This document shows, one piece after another, positions 1 through 9,968 of a stretch of DNA of 64,000 bases. The stretch comes from a virus (taxonomy: Duplodnaviria; Caudoviricetes): positions 224,001 to 288,000 of IMG/VR virus record IMGVR_UViG_3300032233_002382; one strand, written 5' to 3'. Each line of letters starts with the position of its first letter. Positions within the stretch are counted from its first letter, which is position 1. The notes beneath the pieces were generated by a model, which saw only the letters and a program-made list of their open reading frames with translations, had not been told where the DNA came from and did not search any database. The position numbers and the translations under genes are program-made.

Positions 1-3000
1 GAGCAGCAAGGCTTATCGAGTTCGTCGAATCCGCCACGAAGTGGCTATTCGTGTTTACACGGTGAGCTTCGTATGCTGAACGGATATCATTCAGGAGGTA
101 GAAGATAGCATCCTGGCTCTTGATGGTTCCGCCGCTTGTATAAGCGCCCACAAACGTTGATCCAACCAGGTCAAACGTGGTCAGACCAGTCGACGTAATC
201 TGGAATGTCCCATTGGCGTTGGTCGTAAGACCACCAGTTCCAACTACGCCCGAGATATTCACCCAACGACCGGTGGCTAAACCATGGTTGGCGGTCGTCG
301 TAACTGCGATTAGTCCAGAGCCATTGTTAGCCATTGAGCTAACAGCGAACGGAGTTAAAGTACCTACATCGAATGCCGTATTGCTTGTGGAAACGACATT
401 GGTCGAATCATCGATACCGTGGGCACCTAACTGTAGCAAGTGCGAGTTGTACTTGGTCTGGATCAAGTGTGCTAACGACAGAGCGCTCGATAAATCAGTC
501 GGAGTCGAAAAAGCAAAACCGTTAGCGGTGTCGCTCGTGTTGTGGACGCCGGACTGAGTAAGGTGTGCGTTGATCTTAGTGGCTAGTTCATTAAGCAGTG
601 TTATCGACGTGCTTAGGTTAGTCGCGACAGGCGAACTTATCGTGTTGGTAGTATCAGCGTTCGCGTGTAAGGTCGCACTGGTGCGGTGATTTGAATTGTA
701 GTTCGTACGCAGCTCGTTTGCTAGAACCACGAGCGATGCCTCTAAAGCGGCGACGCTGGAGGAAGCTGCGAAAGCGGCAGTCGCAGAGTATGAATCGTTA
801 ATGGCGTCTACCACCTGCTGGGCAGTAACGCTCGATCCAAGAGGCAACGTGGTCTGCCAGTCCTGACCATCGACGTTCAGGGCAAGACCATTATTAAGAG
901 CAGTAATCTTGAAGTTACCAGTGTTGCTCGACACAACCACAGCGTTTTGATTCAGGGCATCGGACGAACCGTAGCTTGAGGCTATAGTTAGACCTAAAGC
1001 GGTCGAAGCGTCAGAGTCACCGGGGTTTACTGGCATCACCAGAACCCGAGCAACTAGACCGCCGCCGATACCGGACGGCAAAGAGCCGGAGTTACGGCCC
1101 TTGATCTTTAGGATAGCCTCCGAACCATATAGGACTACTGAAGCCAGGTTATTAGGAGCGGTCGACGCGAAAGTGCCGGTTCCGTCGGTGTGAACCGTAA
1201 TATCGGCGTCAATAGCGGAGTTTATGGCAGAAGCGACGGAAGTTAGAGACGTGAGCGAAGCTAAGTTCACGTCAATTTCCACACCGTCAACATCTAACAT
1301 TAGATGGTCAGTGCTTAGCAGCGCCAAGCTCGCATCGATGGGCTGTCCTAGTAGTACAGCAGGGAATGAGACTCCAAGGTCCGTAGCAGTGCTTATTCCA
1401 TCGATCACGGCAGTTCCGAAAATTCTAGAGGCCGTGTAGATGTTATATGGGCCAGCAAGAGCAGAAGTAATAGAAGCGTGGGTAGCAGGCTCAAGCGCGT
1501 TATTGAAAGTGATAGTAACGGTCTCAGCAACCGGATTGCCGTCACCAGAATAGAGAGCGTCAGGGTTTGTCTCAACGCCAGACGGCCAATTGATCGTCTG
1601 CGATAACCCCGTGACTACACCGAACCGCACGTTATAAAGCGGGAGAGCCGTGTTGCGGCTCGAGACCATCGAGTACTGACCGATTCCGGAGGGTCCTGGA
1701 GTGATAACAGACAGCGTGTAGGTGACGTTATCCTGGATCCGGTTATAGTAATAGGTCGCGTAAACTTTGTAATCAGCCGGAACAGGATTCCGGAGTGTAA
1801 TCGTGCGGTCGATTACCTCGAGAACTTCAACTGCTCCCTTGGCAAACGCATCACGCCACGTCTTGCCAACGTACGCCACAACGAGATTCGGATTGGTGGT
1901 ACGAAGATCCTGGCGACCATTCGTGACCTGGTTAAAATAGGAGACAGACAGAGGAGTGTCACGACCATTGCCAGTGGTCGGCACATTGGCCAAGCGCCAC
2001 TTGCTCAGGTCGTTCGTCGAAACCAGGCTAAGCTCTTCGCCGAATATACGGTTATCGACGAGCATGCCAGACATCTGTACACTGTCGAAGGCTACATTGC
2101 CGATAGTGCTGCCGGTGGTGATGTTATAGGCAGCACCCCAGTAGATCTTCGACTGATCAGCGTCGTTCAATACAACGTAGTCAGCGCCCTGCTTATAAGA
2201 GGCGTCCCCAGGGCCGATGCCAACGTTGAGAACATTTGTGATATTACTGTTCGGCAGATAATCGAACGTGTCCTGCCACGGGTTGTACCAGTACTCAACG
2301 CTCACGGTGGAACCAGCTACCGGGGCGAATGGTAGAACAACAGAGCGGGTGGCACCGTCGACAGACACCGGAGTCACCGGCACGTTATCGACGAGCACAC
2401 GAACATCAGCCACGCTCGTGGTCGTACGGCCCTCATCTGAACCATCGACAATTGGTCCATTGAACACGACGAAGGTCTTATTTCGGGTGGTCGTCTGAAG
2501 AGCATTGAATCCAAAAGCGCCGTTCGCGCTACCATTACCGATCTTAAGCTGACCGGTAGTGGTAAGCCCTAAGTGAGAAAGACCTTCGGCGTCAGTGCTA
2601 GCATAAGCAGTTAGACCGGTTATGCCCTTCGAATTGATTTCGGATACGAGCTGGCTAACAGTGCGAGCGCTACCGGCTGTTAGAACGACCGATGTAACGG
2701 TCGCACTATCGTTGATGAAGAGCTCGAGTGTGTTGGTGGAAGAACCGATGCTGTAAGTAGTCGCAACAGGAGCCACGATGACGGCGGAGCCAGGCGAAAC
2801 CTGTTCAGAAACGTCGTCCGTCACTCGAGTGTCTTTGCGACGGAAGTAGTAGTTCACCGTCACGAAATCCGACTCAGAAGGAGGGACGATGAGCGAAATG
2901 ATGCCGTGGGCACCGTCGACCGCACCAACCGCAACCGGCTCACCGTTGACCGACACAGACACAAACTGAGTGTCGTTGGTCGGGCTGGCATTTAATCCAT

Positions 3001-3310
3001 TGCTCGAGACAATGGGATAATTCCTGACGCGAAAACTAAACTTATTCCCATCGGTCGGACCTAGAGTCGGGTTCGCGAAGGTACCAGACACCACCCAATG
3101 GGATGATACGTCTTCTCCGAAAATAGGCGTATTGGCTTGGCTACTCGAACCACGAATCATCTCGATATTAGACTGGAGAATACTTTCCTTACCAGTCCCG
3201 ATGAAAACGGGGATTCTAAGTCCGGCTATCAGATTTCCGACGACTGGCTCGATTAGAGTAGTCGTATAAACACCGGGAGGAGCATAAGTGGAAAAAGGTC
3301 CGATAGCCAT
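1..3310 (-). CDS. Large contractile tail sheath protein (partial, runs off left end; missing from ORF track)
   Basis: ATG at 3310 with SD GGAGA. My translation starts MAIGPFSTYAPPGVYTTTLIEPVVGNLIAGLRIPVFIGTG, the PGVY...PxFIG N-terminus typical of sheath proteins. The track reports no minus-strand ORF here, consistent with an unstopped frame of >1100 codons. Confidence 0.75.
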   Translation of the reverse strand, partial: MAIGPFSTYAPPGVYTTTLIEPVVGNLIAGLRIPVFIGTGKESILQSNIEMIRGSSSQANTPIFGEDVSSHWVVSGTFANPTLGPTDGNKFSFRVRNYPIVSSNGLNASPTNDTQFVSVSVNGEPVAVGAVDGAHGIISLIVPPSESDFVTVNYYFRRKDTRVTDDVSEQVSPGSAVIVAPVATTYSIGSSTNTLELFINDSATVTSVVLTAGSARTVSQLVSEINSKGITGLTAYASTDAEGLSHLGLTTTGQLKIGNGSANGAFGFNALQTTTRNKTFVVFNGPIVDGSDEGRTTTSVADVRVLVDNVPVTPVSVDGATRSVVLPFAPVAGSTVSVEYWYNPWQDTFDYLPNSNITNVLNVGIGPGDASYKQGADYVVLNDADQSKIYWGAAYNITTGSTIGNVAFDSVQMSGMLVDNRIFGEELSLVSTNDLSKWRLANVPTTGNGRDTPLSVSYFNQVTNGRQDLRTTNPNLVVAYVGKTWRDAFAKGAVEVLEVIDRTITLRNPVPADYKVYATYYYNRIQDNVTYTLSVITPGPSGIGQYSMVSSRNTALPLYNVRFGVVTGLSQTINWPSGVETNPDALYSGDGNPVAETVTITFNNALEPATHASITSALAGPYNIYTASRIFGTAVIDGISTATDLGVSFPAVLLGQPIDASLALLSTDHLMLDVDGVEIDVNLASLTSLTSVASAINSAIDADITVHTDGTGTFASTAPNNLASVVLYGSEAILKIKGRNSGSLPSGIGGGLVARVLVMPVNPGDSDASTALGLTIASSYGSSDALNQNAVVVSSNTGNFKITALNNGLALNVDGQDWQTTLPLGSSVTAQQVVDAINDSYSATAAFAASSSVAALEASLVVLANELRTNYNSNHRTSATLHANADTTNTISSPVATNLSTSITLLNELATKINAHLTQSGVHNTSDTANGFAFSTPTDLSSALSLAHLIQTKYNSHLLQLGAHGIDDSTNVVSTSNTAFDVGTLTPFAVSSMANNGSGLIAVTTTANHGLATGRWVNISGVVGTGGLTTNANGTFQITSTGLTTFDLVGSTFVGAYTSGGTIKSQDAIFYLLNDIRSAYEAHRVNTNSHFVADSTNSISLAA

Positions 3311-3489
3311 TATTTTCTCCTGATTCGAAGTATCTAACGAATCTAGGTCTTGTCTGGTCTAAATATACTTAAGTCTATGTCTGATCTACAGCTCTCATCA
3401 AACATAGGGAGGCTATTGAAAGCCGACCAACCCAAGTATAAGGAGATCCGACCTAGTGTCACATTAAAGCGGAAAAATAAAATTTCAAA

Positions 3490-3927
3490 TCATTCGTCAG
3501 ATTTTATAGATTTCTTAAAGGTCCCAATCCCATCTTCTCGAGTCTTTAACACAGATTTATCTACAGCAGAATAAGAACCGTCTGAATTGCTTGCAATCGC
3601 ATTGGTATTCAGTGACTTTCGAGCTTCATTTATACTCTTCTGCCGTTCCTTAATCATACCCCATTTTTTCTCGGAGCTTCTTGCAACCGCTTTATCTAGA
3701 GTCGGGTAATCAAGATCATGTACACCCGAGTTGCCATGTACTCCACTAGTCCCTCTTACATCACCTTTAAAGGAAAAACCAAATACCGAACCATGAAGCC
3801 GGGGCGCCAATAGCTTGCACTGAGGACATGGATGTGACTCAGAATATTGCTTTATCTCATCACGACTCATAAGTAGTTCTTCGAAATCAGCTTCGCACGT
3901 GGCACATCGATATTCATAGATTGGCAT
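3490..3927 (-). CDS. FmdB-family zinc-ribbon protein
   Basis: MPIYEYRCxxC...CPQC signature. Start moved from track TTG (3936) to ATG 3927. Confidence 0.75.
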   Translation of the reverse strand: MPIYEYRCATCEADFEELLMSRDEIKQYSESHPCPQCKLLAPRLHGSVFGFSFKGDVRGTSGVHGNSGVHDLDYPTLDKAVARSSEKKWGMIKERQKSINEARKSLNTNAIASNSDGSYSAVDKSVLKTREDGIGTFKKSIKSDE

Positions 3928-3932
3928 AAGTA

Positions 3933-3938
3933 ACAATA
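3933..3938 (-). promoter_or_regulatory. Putative -10 box (TATTGT) of leaderless transcript
   Basis: gTANNNT exactly 5 nt upstream of ATG 3927, no SD. Confidence 0.5.
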
Positions 3939-3942
3939 CGAA

Positions 3943-5139
3943 TCAAATGATCCGTTCATAACCAATCGGCTTGCCGATATTGTAAGAGAACCTACCTATC
4001 GGATCCATTTGGACTAAATCGACCACTGCCGACCCGTCCAGGTTACCTTTAGACAGTTCCTCTGAGGCGGATACCATTTCCGCCCTTGAAACGACAACTG
4101 GAAGCGGCACATATATGAACCAGTCTACGCGAAATCCTAGAGAGATATTACTATCGTAGTAATATTCGTCGGTTTCAGGGTTATATACATCTTCATTCTC
4201 TCCACCAGGAGAGAGGTTAATGAGTTCAAGCCCTTCAAAACCCAGGGTATTCTGACGTTCAAGTATCTTCATCACTACGTAATCAGAAAGCTTTTCACGG
4301 TCCTCAGAATCCTTAGAGAAGGCTATTAGATCGAAGTTTACCTCGAATCGTCCACCGTAGACATTCGCAACCTCAGTTCTTTCATCCGTCACAACGACCG
4401 CGAATTTATCATATAACTGGGAGCGATCTCCAAATGCTATTACGATGCCAGGAAGAATCGAGACGTTAAACTCTTCTTGCTTAAAATCAAAAGGCCCGAG
4501 TTCAGGCATTTTATATCGATAGTCAGCGGTAATATACGCACCTTCAGGCTGGTCCTTAAGGAATGTTATCAGGCCTGTCGATTCGTCTACTAGAAAATCA
4601 ACGTCGCGAATTAAAGCCTTTCGGTCATTTAACCAAAGTCTAATGCTATTTGGGTATATGTTATCGTGAGTAAGCTGAGCTTCACCGAAAGCCGAATAGT
4701 CGAACACGATCAAAGGTTCACCCGACACTGTTAAGTCCGGATAGACCACTACTTGACCGGGAATGTTCTTAGCTACATCCGGAATCGCAATCACTTCAAA
4801 CGTATAAACACCCGGAGCCGTGGGAAAAGAGCCACCGGGGGAAATAGAGCCCAAAATGTTATTGTTTTCTCTAATCCATTCAACCGTGGTGTTCGGAGAA
4901 TCAGAGACAGGCACTTGCATGCAAAAGGACTTCAAACGTCCCATAAAATTGTCGGCGGATAGGACAACCCTATCCGCCGACGTTCCATCAACTATTATAC
5001 CGCGAGAAGGACGTTCTTCAAATGAGTACTTATTTTGTACGTTTTGACTGTCTTCGCGATAGCGGGGGTGTTGATATAGTATCTCCCGTAATTCCTTGAT
5101 TATCCTACGCTTAGTAGCATTTGATAACCAAGAAATCAT
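3943..5139 (-). CDS. Putative tail-completion/terminator-type structural protein
   Basis: Lies upstream of the sheath. C-terminal FEVNFDLIAFSKD...EKLSDYV pattern resembles tail-terminator folds. Inference from position and pattern. Confidence 0.45.
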   Translation of the reverse strand: MISWLSNATKRRIIKELREILYQHPRYREDSQNVQNKYSFEERPSRGIIVDGTSADRVVLSADNFMGRLKSFCMQVPVSDSPNTTVEWIRENNNILGSISPGGSFPTAPGVYTFEVIAIPDVAKNIPGQVVVYPDLTVSGEPLIVFDYSAFGEAQLTHDNIYPNSIRLWLNDRKALIRDVDFLVDESTGLITFLKDQPEGAYITADYRYKMPELGPFDFKQEEFNVSILPGIVIAFGDRSQLYDKFAVVVTDERTEVANVYGGRFEVNFDLIAFSKDSEDREKLSDYVVMKILERQNTLGFEGLELINLSPGGENEDVYNPETDEYYYDSNISLGFRVDWFIYVPLPVVVSRAEMVSASEELSKGNLDGSAVVDLVQMDPIGRFSYNIGKPIGYERII

Positions 5140-5152
5140 GGTCTACACCCCG

Positions 5153-6154
5153 TTATTCCTCCATTTGAGCATACACAAGAAGCCCAGTACCAACGGCGGT
5201 CATCGGATCGGTGGCATGCCGAACTTCCGAAATCGGAATCGGAAATTTCGCCCGATGCTTCTCGAAACGCTCCGCGAATTTGGCCACAAATCCCTTAGCC
5301 AGACTTGTTCCGCCAGAGATAACGATAGGGATGGGTTTCGGGATCGTTATTTCATTCTTGCTCTTTAGGAACTGCGATATTATGCTCGAAATCGCATAAT
5401 CAATCAAACTTTCGATATAAACCGTTAGAGCCTCGGTCTCTCGGTTATTAGGCGACGCGATATCGACACCTGATTCTTTTAGAGCACAGATTTTAGCCGC
5501 TGTAGTCCCAATAGCTTTAGCGGCTCCCGAGTCGATCCAGTCACCACCACGACCAACGCTGAATTCAAGCGCCGACATCGCATTGTATGAAAGGCAAACG
5601 TTCGTCATACCGGAACCGAAGCTAATACCAAGACCGCTGAAATTCGAGCTGGCGCACTCCGAATAAATTACGGCAAGAGCCTCATTCACAGGCTCCGCAT
5701 TGTATCCGAGTTCACCGAGAATCTTACCCAGCACCTTGCTATGATAAGTTATGTCGGAGCCTGTAACGTCGATAGCGGATGCAGGAACTGAGTAGCAACA
5801 ACGCTCGTTAGGCTTCTTAGGATCGCCTAAAATCGTCTTCATCATAAGACCAATAACTTGTTGGGCATCGATCTCACCCGAAGCGACAATACCTCCAGCC
5901 ATGGGACGACGGGCTTCGCGATTAAATAAATTGGCAGTATCTAAAGCCGCGTCACCTACGACTAACAGTTTCCCGTCCATTTCGACATAATTCGTATTAC
6001 TGATTTTAAGCATCCGCTTGTTTTCGGGCGGAAGATCAATGAATGCATTCCGGATGCGTGCGGTAGTGACGTTTGATCCGGACTTTCTGGCGCTAACGAA
6101 ATTCATCGTGCCAACGTCCAGACCGACTCCAAAAGACTCTGCAGGGTTTGACAT
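5153..6154 (-). CDS. Actin-fold ATPase (MreB/FtsA/ParM superfamily)
   Basis: Phosphate-1 GLDVGT, connect-1 NEALA, phosphate-2 SFGSGMT, adenosine ISGGTS, connect-2 DPMTAVGTG, all in the correct order over 333 aa; SD GGAGG. Confidence 0.85.
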   Translation of the reverse strand: MSNPAESFGVGLDVGTMNFVSARKSGSNVTTARIRNAFIDLPPENKRMLKISNTNYVEMDGKLLVVGDAALDTANLFNREARRPMAGGIVASGEIDAQQVIGLMMKTILGDPKKPNERCCYSVPASAIDVTGSDITYHSKVLGKILGELGYNAEPVNEALAVIYSECASSNFSGLGISFGSGMTNVCLSYNAMSALEFSVGRGGDWIDSGAAKAIGTTAAKICALKESGVDIASPNNRETEALTVYIESLIDYAISSIISQFLKSKNEITIPKPIPIVISGGTSLAKGFVAKFAERFEKHRAKFPIPISEVRHATDPMTAVGTGLLVYAQMEE

Positions 6155-6188
6155 ATCGCCTCCTAAACGAATAATACCGAACGAAGGT

Positions 6189-6749
6189 CTATTTTCGCTT
6201 ACGAAGCGATTTTAAAACATCAGTAGCTGAATCGATGTCGCTTCTGACGCTACTATCAGTTTGAATGTTTATCTTGGTTTCTATACCTTTTGGAACAATG
6301 TTTGATGGTATGAAAACAGGATCTGCGACGGTCGACTGATAGGATCCGACATTGGCCGCACTTAAGTGGGCGGGCAAATTAGAAGGCGTCGGAGATGTTG
6401 GAATATTCGATAAAGCGTCAGCGAGTTTCGAAATATTACTGTTAAGGGCATCTAGCTTATTATCGATAGATTTTAACAAAGTTACCTGAGGTTCTTCTTC
6501 GACTACCGGCTCTTCCTCAGGCGGTTTTTGATACTCAACGACCTTAGAATTGGCTGTTTTGGTAAATGACTTATCGCTATTAAACAACCTCAATGATATC
6601 ATGTGTCGCACCTGCTTCGCTTGGAGCGAACTGTCATATAAATGTCTAGGTATTACCGCACTATCCCCATATTTCTCAAGCCTCACACCAATATCAGAAA
6701 GATAAATGAGCTCTTGTGATTTATTTGTAATTAAATAACTAGTCATCAT
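6189..6749 (-). CDS. Hypothetical protein (N-terminus resembles shared anchor-like domain)
   Basis: 186 aa ORF coupled to upstream gene; LITNKSQELIYLSDIG N-terminus. Confidence 0.55.
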   Translation of the reverse strand: MMTSYLITNKSQELIYLSDIGVRLEKYGDSAVIPRHLYDSSLQAKQVRHMISLRLFNSDKSFTKTANSKVVEYQKPPEEEPVVEEEPQVTLLKSIDNKLDALNSNISKLADALSNIPTSPTPSNLPAHLSAANVGSYQSTVADPVFIPSNIVPKGIETKINIQTDSSVRSDIDSATDVLKSLRKRK

Positions 6750-7450
6750 TTCTCCAGAATCCCCATTATGGCCGGAGTGAATTCTTCGGCAATAAGCTGA
6801 TTTATTTGGTCGATAAATTTTGACATTATACCTTGAAAATCCCCCTTAGGATGCTTTTGAACGAATTTTGTGTTCCTTACAGTTCTTTGGACCGAAACAC
6901 GTAATTTCTTATCCACTACTTCCATTCCTCGAGGAGCAGTCGCTTCGAGTTCATGCTCTACGTACCTCTGACCGGAGTTCTTAACATTCGAATTACGTGT
7001 GCGGTCTGATGAAATTTTCCGGGCATCTCTCGGCATTTTTAACTTATCTTGTAAGGGCTTTCTAGCGTCATACCGACCGTTGATTCTTTCAGGCCGATTA
7101 TTTCGACCTATGAAGTATGACTTCACATATCCTTTCGCTTGCGATTTCGATTGTACTAAAGACGCTTTCTTCTTATCTTTAGCTGAGGTTTCGGGTCGGT
7201 TGTACCCCCTTGGAGCTTCGTCCGTGGTTGAATCATCACTAAGGCCTTCGGCATCGATGTTTATCTCGAACATTACTGCGTCATCTGCAAGATGGGCATA
7301 AACTTGGTAATCTTTTAAGTATTCAGAGTCGGAGAAGCCAGACTCATCCAATATCTTCTTTAAAGCTAAGAGACCCTTGACCGCAATCGGCTCATAAATT
7401 GACAGCATAATATCATCAAACGATGTCGGAAGAATGAGTTCAGGCTTCAT
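6746..7450 (-). CDS. Hypothetical protein, neck cluster
   Basis: 234 aa; ATGA overlaps with both neighbours. Confidence 0.55.
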   Translation of the reverse strand: MKPELILPTSFDDIMLSIYEPIAVKGLLALKKILDESGFSDSEYLKDYQVYAHLADDAVMFEINIDAEGLSDDSTTDEAPRGYNRPETSAKDKKKASLVQSKSQAKGYVKSYFIGRNNRPERINGRYDARKPLQDKLKMPRDARKISSDRTRNSNVKNSGQRYVEHELEATAPRGMEVVDKKLRVSVQRTVRNTKFVQKHPKGDFQGIMSKFIDQINQLIAEEFTPAIMGILEK

Positions 7451-8763
7451 CTTCTATAAGTATTTTCGAATACAGGGGTTCGACCACGAATTTCCCGCTC
7501 ATCCGGAATCGCCTGGCGTTCCGTCGTCATAGGGGTTGCGCTGCCTTCACCCGGAATTATATATCGAGTCTGCGGGATGACTAAGCTCGAAGTATCCAAC
7601 ACCGGAACCTTATACCGAATATCCGATTCATCTAAGTGAGAAATAGAAAAATGTTGTTGCAATTGCATCCCACGATTCGTTGGCATACGAACTGGACCTA
7701 GTCCATATCGATCACCATTCAATTTCACAATAAAGTCTCTCTGAGATAGGAGCGGACTTGGGCCGGTCCAAGTTTCATAATTATGCGTTAGACTTCTACC
7801 ACGGTTGCTTTGAGCAATCGATCGGTCCGCATCGTCCGGAGCAATAATTAAGTCGTATGGACCATCATAACCACCGATAATGCCCGTACCAAAACAAGTT
7901 AGACAGTCTGAAGCTGGCTGCTTATTTGTAAATGAATAACAACCGCACTTTGGTCCTACATATTTACGAATAAAGCATTTTACGCGTTCACCGCTTTGAT
8001 CTAGTATGAACTTATTCCGACGAATTGCTTCCCGCCAAATCCAGTCTAACTGTTCGATAGCGTTAGAATTAGTCGTGGTCGCTTTCTTGAGTTCAGTCTC
8101 GATAAGAGCACCATTCTCGTCATAAGCAATTGTAGTCACGCGATAAAACACGCGCTGATATAAGACAGTCTTGCTAACGGCATTAAAATATCTATACGAG
8201 GCCAATACGACCGAATCTAAGTTCGGCACGACGGACGGAACCATCTTTTGACTTATCACGTCAAAAGTCGGATTTGTTTCGATCACCACTTCGCCAGTTT
8301 GAGAAACAACCGATCTCACTTTAGCTTGACGACCGTCAATAGTGACATACATATTCGCGTCAATATCATCGGAATTGATAGCAGGCTGCAAGTAAAGCGG
8401 AGTGTTAACCGTTTTAAAGATCCAACGTCCCAGAGAGTCCGTCGGACCAACAGTGAGCCAATTTTTAGATACTTCTTCCTTAAAAACAGCTTTTACCTGG
8501 GTTCGATCCCGATAGAAATTCGCCTGAATTGGCGTGGCATTTAGTTTAATATAAGGACCGAATTGGGAATCAAAACTTCGATAAACGTTCACCCCGATTA
8601 CATTAAATTTCGTGTTCGCAGATAACTCTGCCGGATTAGACCACCAAATATCTACAGTATACTTATCAAATGCAGAAGCACAAGTAACCGTCAGAGGAGA
8701 CAGAGGTCTCTCCGGGTTAATGATCTCTAACGGTGATATAGGCCTATCGGGAGGTGACGGCAT
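7447..8763 (-). CDS. Putative head-tail joining/neck protein with Cys motif
   Basis: N-terminal FN3-like segment (DIWW...GVNVYRS); C-terminal CGC...CLTCFGTG motif; located in neck cluster. Confidence 0.45.
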   Translation of the reverse strand: MPSPPDRPISPLEIINPERPLSPLTVTCASAFDKYTVDIWWSNPAELSANTKFNVIGVNVYRSFDSQFGPYIKLNATPIQANFYRDRTQVKAVFKEEVSKNWLTVGPTDSLGRWIFKTVNTPLYLQPAINSDDIDANMYVTIDGRQAKVRSVVSQTGEVVIETNPTFDVISQKMVPSVVPNLDSVVLASYRYFNAVSKTVLYQRVFYRVTTIAYDENGALIETELKKATTTNSNAIEQLDWIWREAIRRNKFILDQSGERVKCFIRKYVGPKCGCYSFTNKQPASDCLTCFGTGIIGGYDGPYDLIIAPDDADRSIAQSNRGRSLTHNYETWTGPSPLLSQRDFIVKLNGDRYGLGPVRMPTNRGMQLQQHFSISHLDESDIRYKVPVLDTSSLVIPQTRYIIPGEGSATPMTTERQAIPDEREIRGRTPVFENTYRR

Positions 8764-8792
8764 CTTATTTTAGCCGTCGCAATAAGGCCCGA

Positions 8793-9071
8793 TTACTGGG
8801 CAGTATTATCTTCTTCTTTGAACTGCACAACTACTTCGCCGTTAGGACCGACGTTCACATCCTTGACGTCGGCAGGCTTAATTTTATTGTCTGACAGAAG
8901 ATCATCTATGATCTTCTGACGAGACAGATACATCGAATCGATGGCCTCGAGCATCTTTCGGGCTTTGAGCGTCAGTACAACATGCTCAGAAGACCAGTGA
9001 CTTATAGACGCCTCGAACTGCGTCAACTGGGCGAGAGATTCTTTAGAAAGCTGAAGTTTAGCAGTGGTCAT
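8793..9071 (-). CDS. Small helical hypothetical protein
   Basis: 92 aa; leaderless-type promoter upstream. Confidence 0.55.
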   Translation of the reverse strand: MTTAKLQLSKESLAQLTQFEASISHWSSEHVVLTLKARKMLEAIDSMYLSRQKIIDDLLSDNKIKPADVKDVNVGPNGEVVVQFKEEDNTAQ

Positions 9072-9076
9072 GATAT

Positions 9077-9082
9077 ACCATA
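9077..9082 (-). promoter_or_regulatory. Putative -10 box (TATGGT), leaderless
   Basis: gttcggTATGGT-N5-ATG(9071). Confidence 0.55.
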
Positions 9083-9101
9083 CCGAACAAATATCTTAGT
9101 G

Positions 9102-9740
9102 TTAGTCGTCTGAGGACGACTCGTCATCCGAATCATCATCCGAATCGTCAGACTCATCGAGCAGGTCTTCTAGAGATTCCGCTGAACCAGAAGACTCATC
9201 CATTGAAGATTCTAGGTCATCCGATTCGTTGTCATCGGAGTTCTCAGAATAATCTACCGACCCTTCTAAGTCTAACTCACTGCTTTCATCCACTTGATCC
9301 CCATAATCTTCGGAGAGTTCACCGGCATCAGAAGATTTCGATCCTTCTTCCTCTGAGGTATCGGTATCAGAACCATCACCTAGTCCAAATTCATCCGCCC
9401 CTAGATCGCTCTCATCTATTAAAGAACAGTCTATCTTAATGGGCAACACTTTTACTTCGGTTTTGTTTAACCCAAGGTCATCGGATACTACTTTCATACT
9501 CGATTCAATCGCACTTTGAAGCTCGGCTTTGAGCTTGGAGACAAGATCAGCTTTAGACACCTGTCCATCAAAAGTAGCATTTAACAACAATTCGACATTA
9601 CAAGCATATTCGGTAGTGGCAGAGGTAATATCCAATTCCGAATCGACATCATCGCCTACTTCTAATTCGTCCTGCGACTCGTCAATATCTTCCTCATACT
9701 GAGCTGCAATGCGACTAGCGATTCGATTTAAATGACGCAT
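9102..9740 (-). CDS. Highly acidic protein with N-terminal RIASRIA tag
   Basis: D/E/S-rich C-terminal half; start reassigned to ATG 9740 (MRHLNRIASRIAAQ). Confidence 0.65.
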   Translation of the reverse strand: MRHLNRIASRIAAQYEEDIDESQDELEVGDDVDSELDITSATTEYACNVELLLNATFDGQVSKADLVSKLKAELQSAIESSMKVVSDDLGLNKTEVKVLPIKIDCSLIDESDLGADEFGLGDGSDTDTSEEEGSKSSDAGELSEDYGDQVDESSELDLEGSVDYSENSDDNESDDLESSMDESSGSAESLEDLLDESDDSDDDSDDESSSDD

Positions 9741-9746
9741 AGTTAA

Positions 9747-9752
9747 ATTATA
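9747..9752 (-). promoter_or_regulatory. Putative -10 box (TATAAT), leaderless
   Basis: tgTATAAT-N6-ATG(9740). Confidence 0.55.
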
Positions 9753-9762
9753 CAAAAAGGAT

Positions 9763-9930
9763 CTATATATAGAACATCACAAGAACATTATAGATATCTT
9801 GTCGTTGTAAATAAGCCGCCCGCTTACATCCCCGGCACTTAGAATCAAGTCCGTCGGATTTAGATCGACTCCGAGCGAACGCGTGTAAATCCAGTGTTAA
9901 TTTGCATGTAGAACATATCTTCTGATTCAT
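9763..9930 (-). CDS. 55-aa CxxC...CxxC zinc finger resembling the N-terminal domain of HNH/EndoVII-type homing endonucleases (possible relic)
   Basis: Own translation: MNQKICSTCKLTLDLHAFARSRSKSDGLDSKCRGCKRAAYLQRQDIYNVLVMFYI*. Not in ORF track. Confidence 0.5.
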   Translation of the reverse strand: MNQKICSTCKLTLDLHAFARSRSKSDGLDSKCRGCKRAAYLQRQDIYNVLVMFYI

Positions 9931-9968
9931 AAAGCAAAATAATCACATTCGTCTTAGACAGACAATGA

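Noticed and set aside
177-2498. Plus-strand ORFs (177, 1224, 2268) and the many other short plus-strand ORFs in the track
   Set aside because: Antisense shadows of long minus-strand genes with recognisable motifs; no SD or family signal
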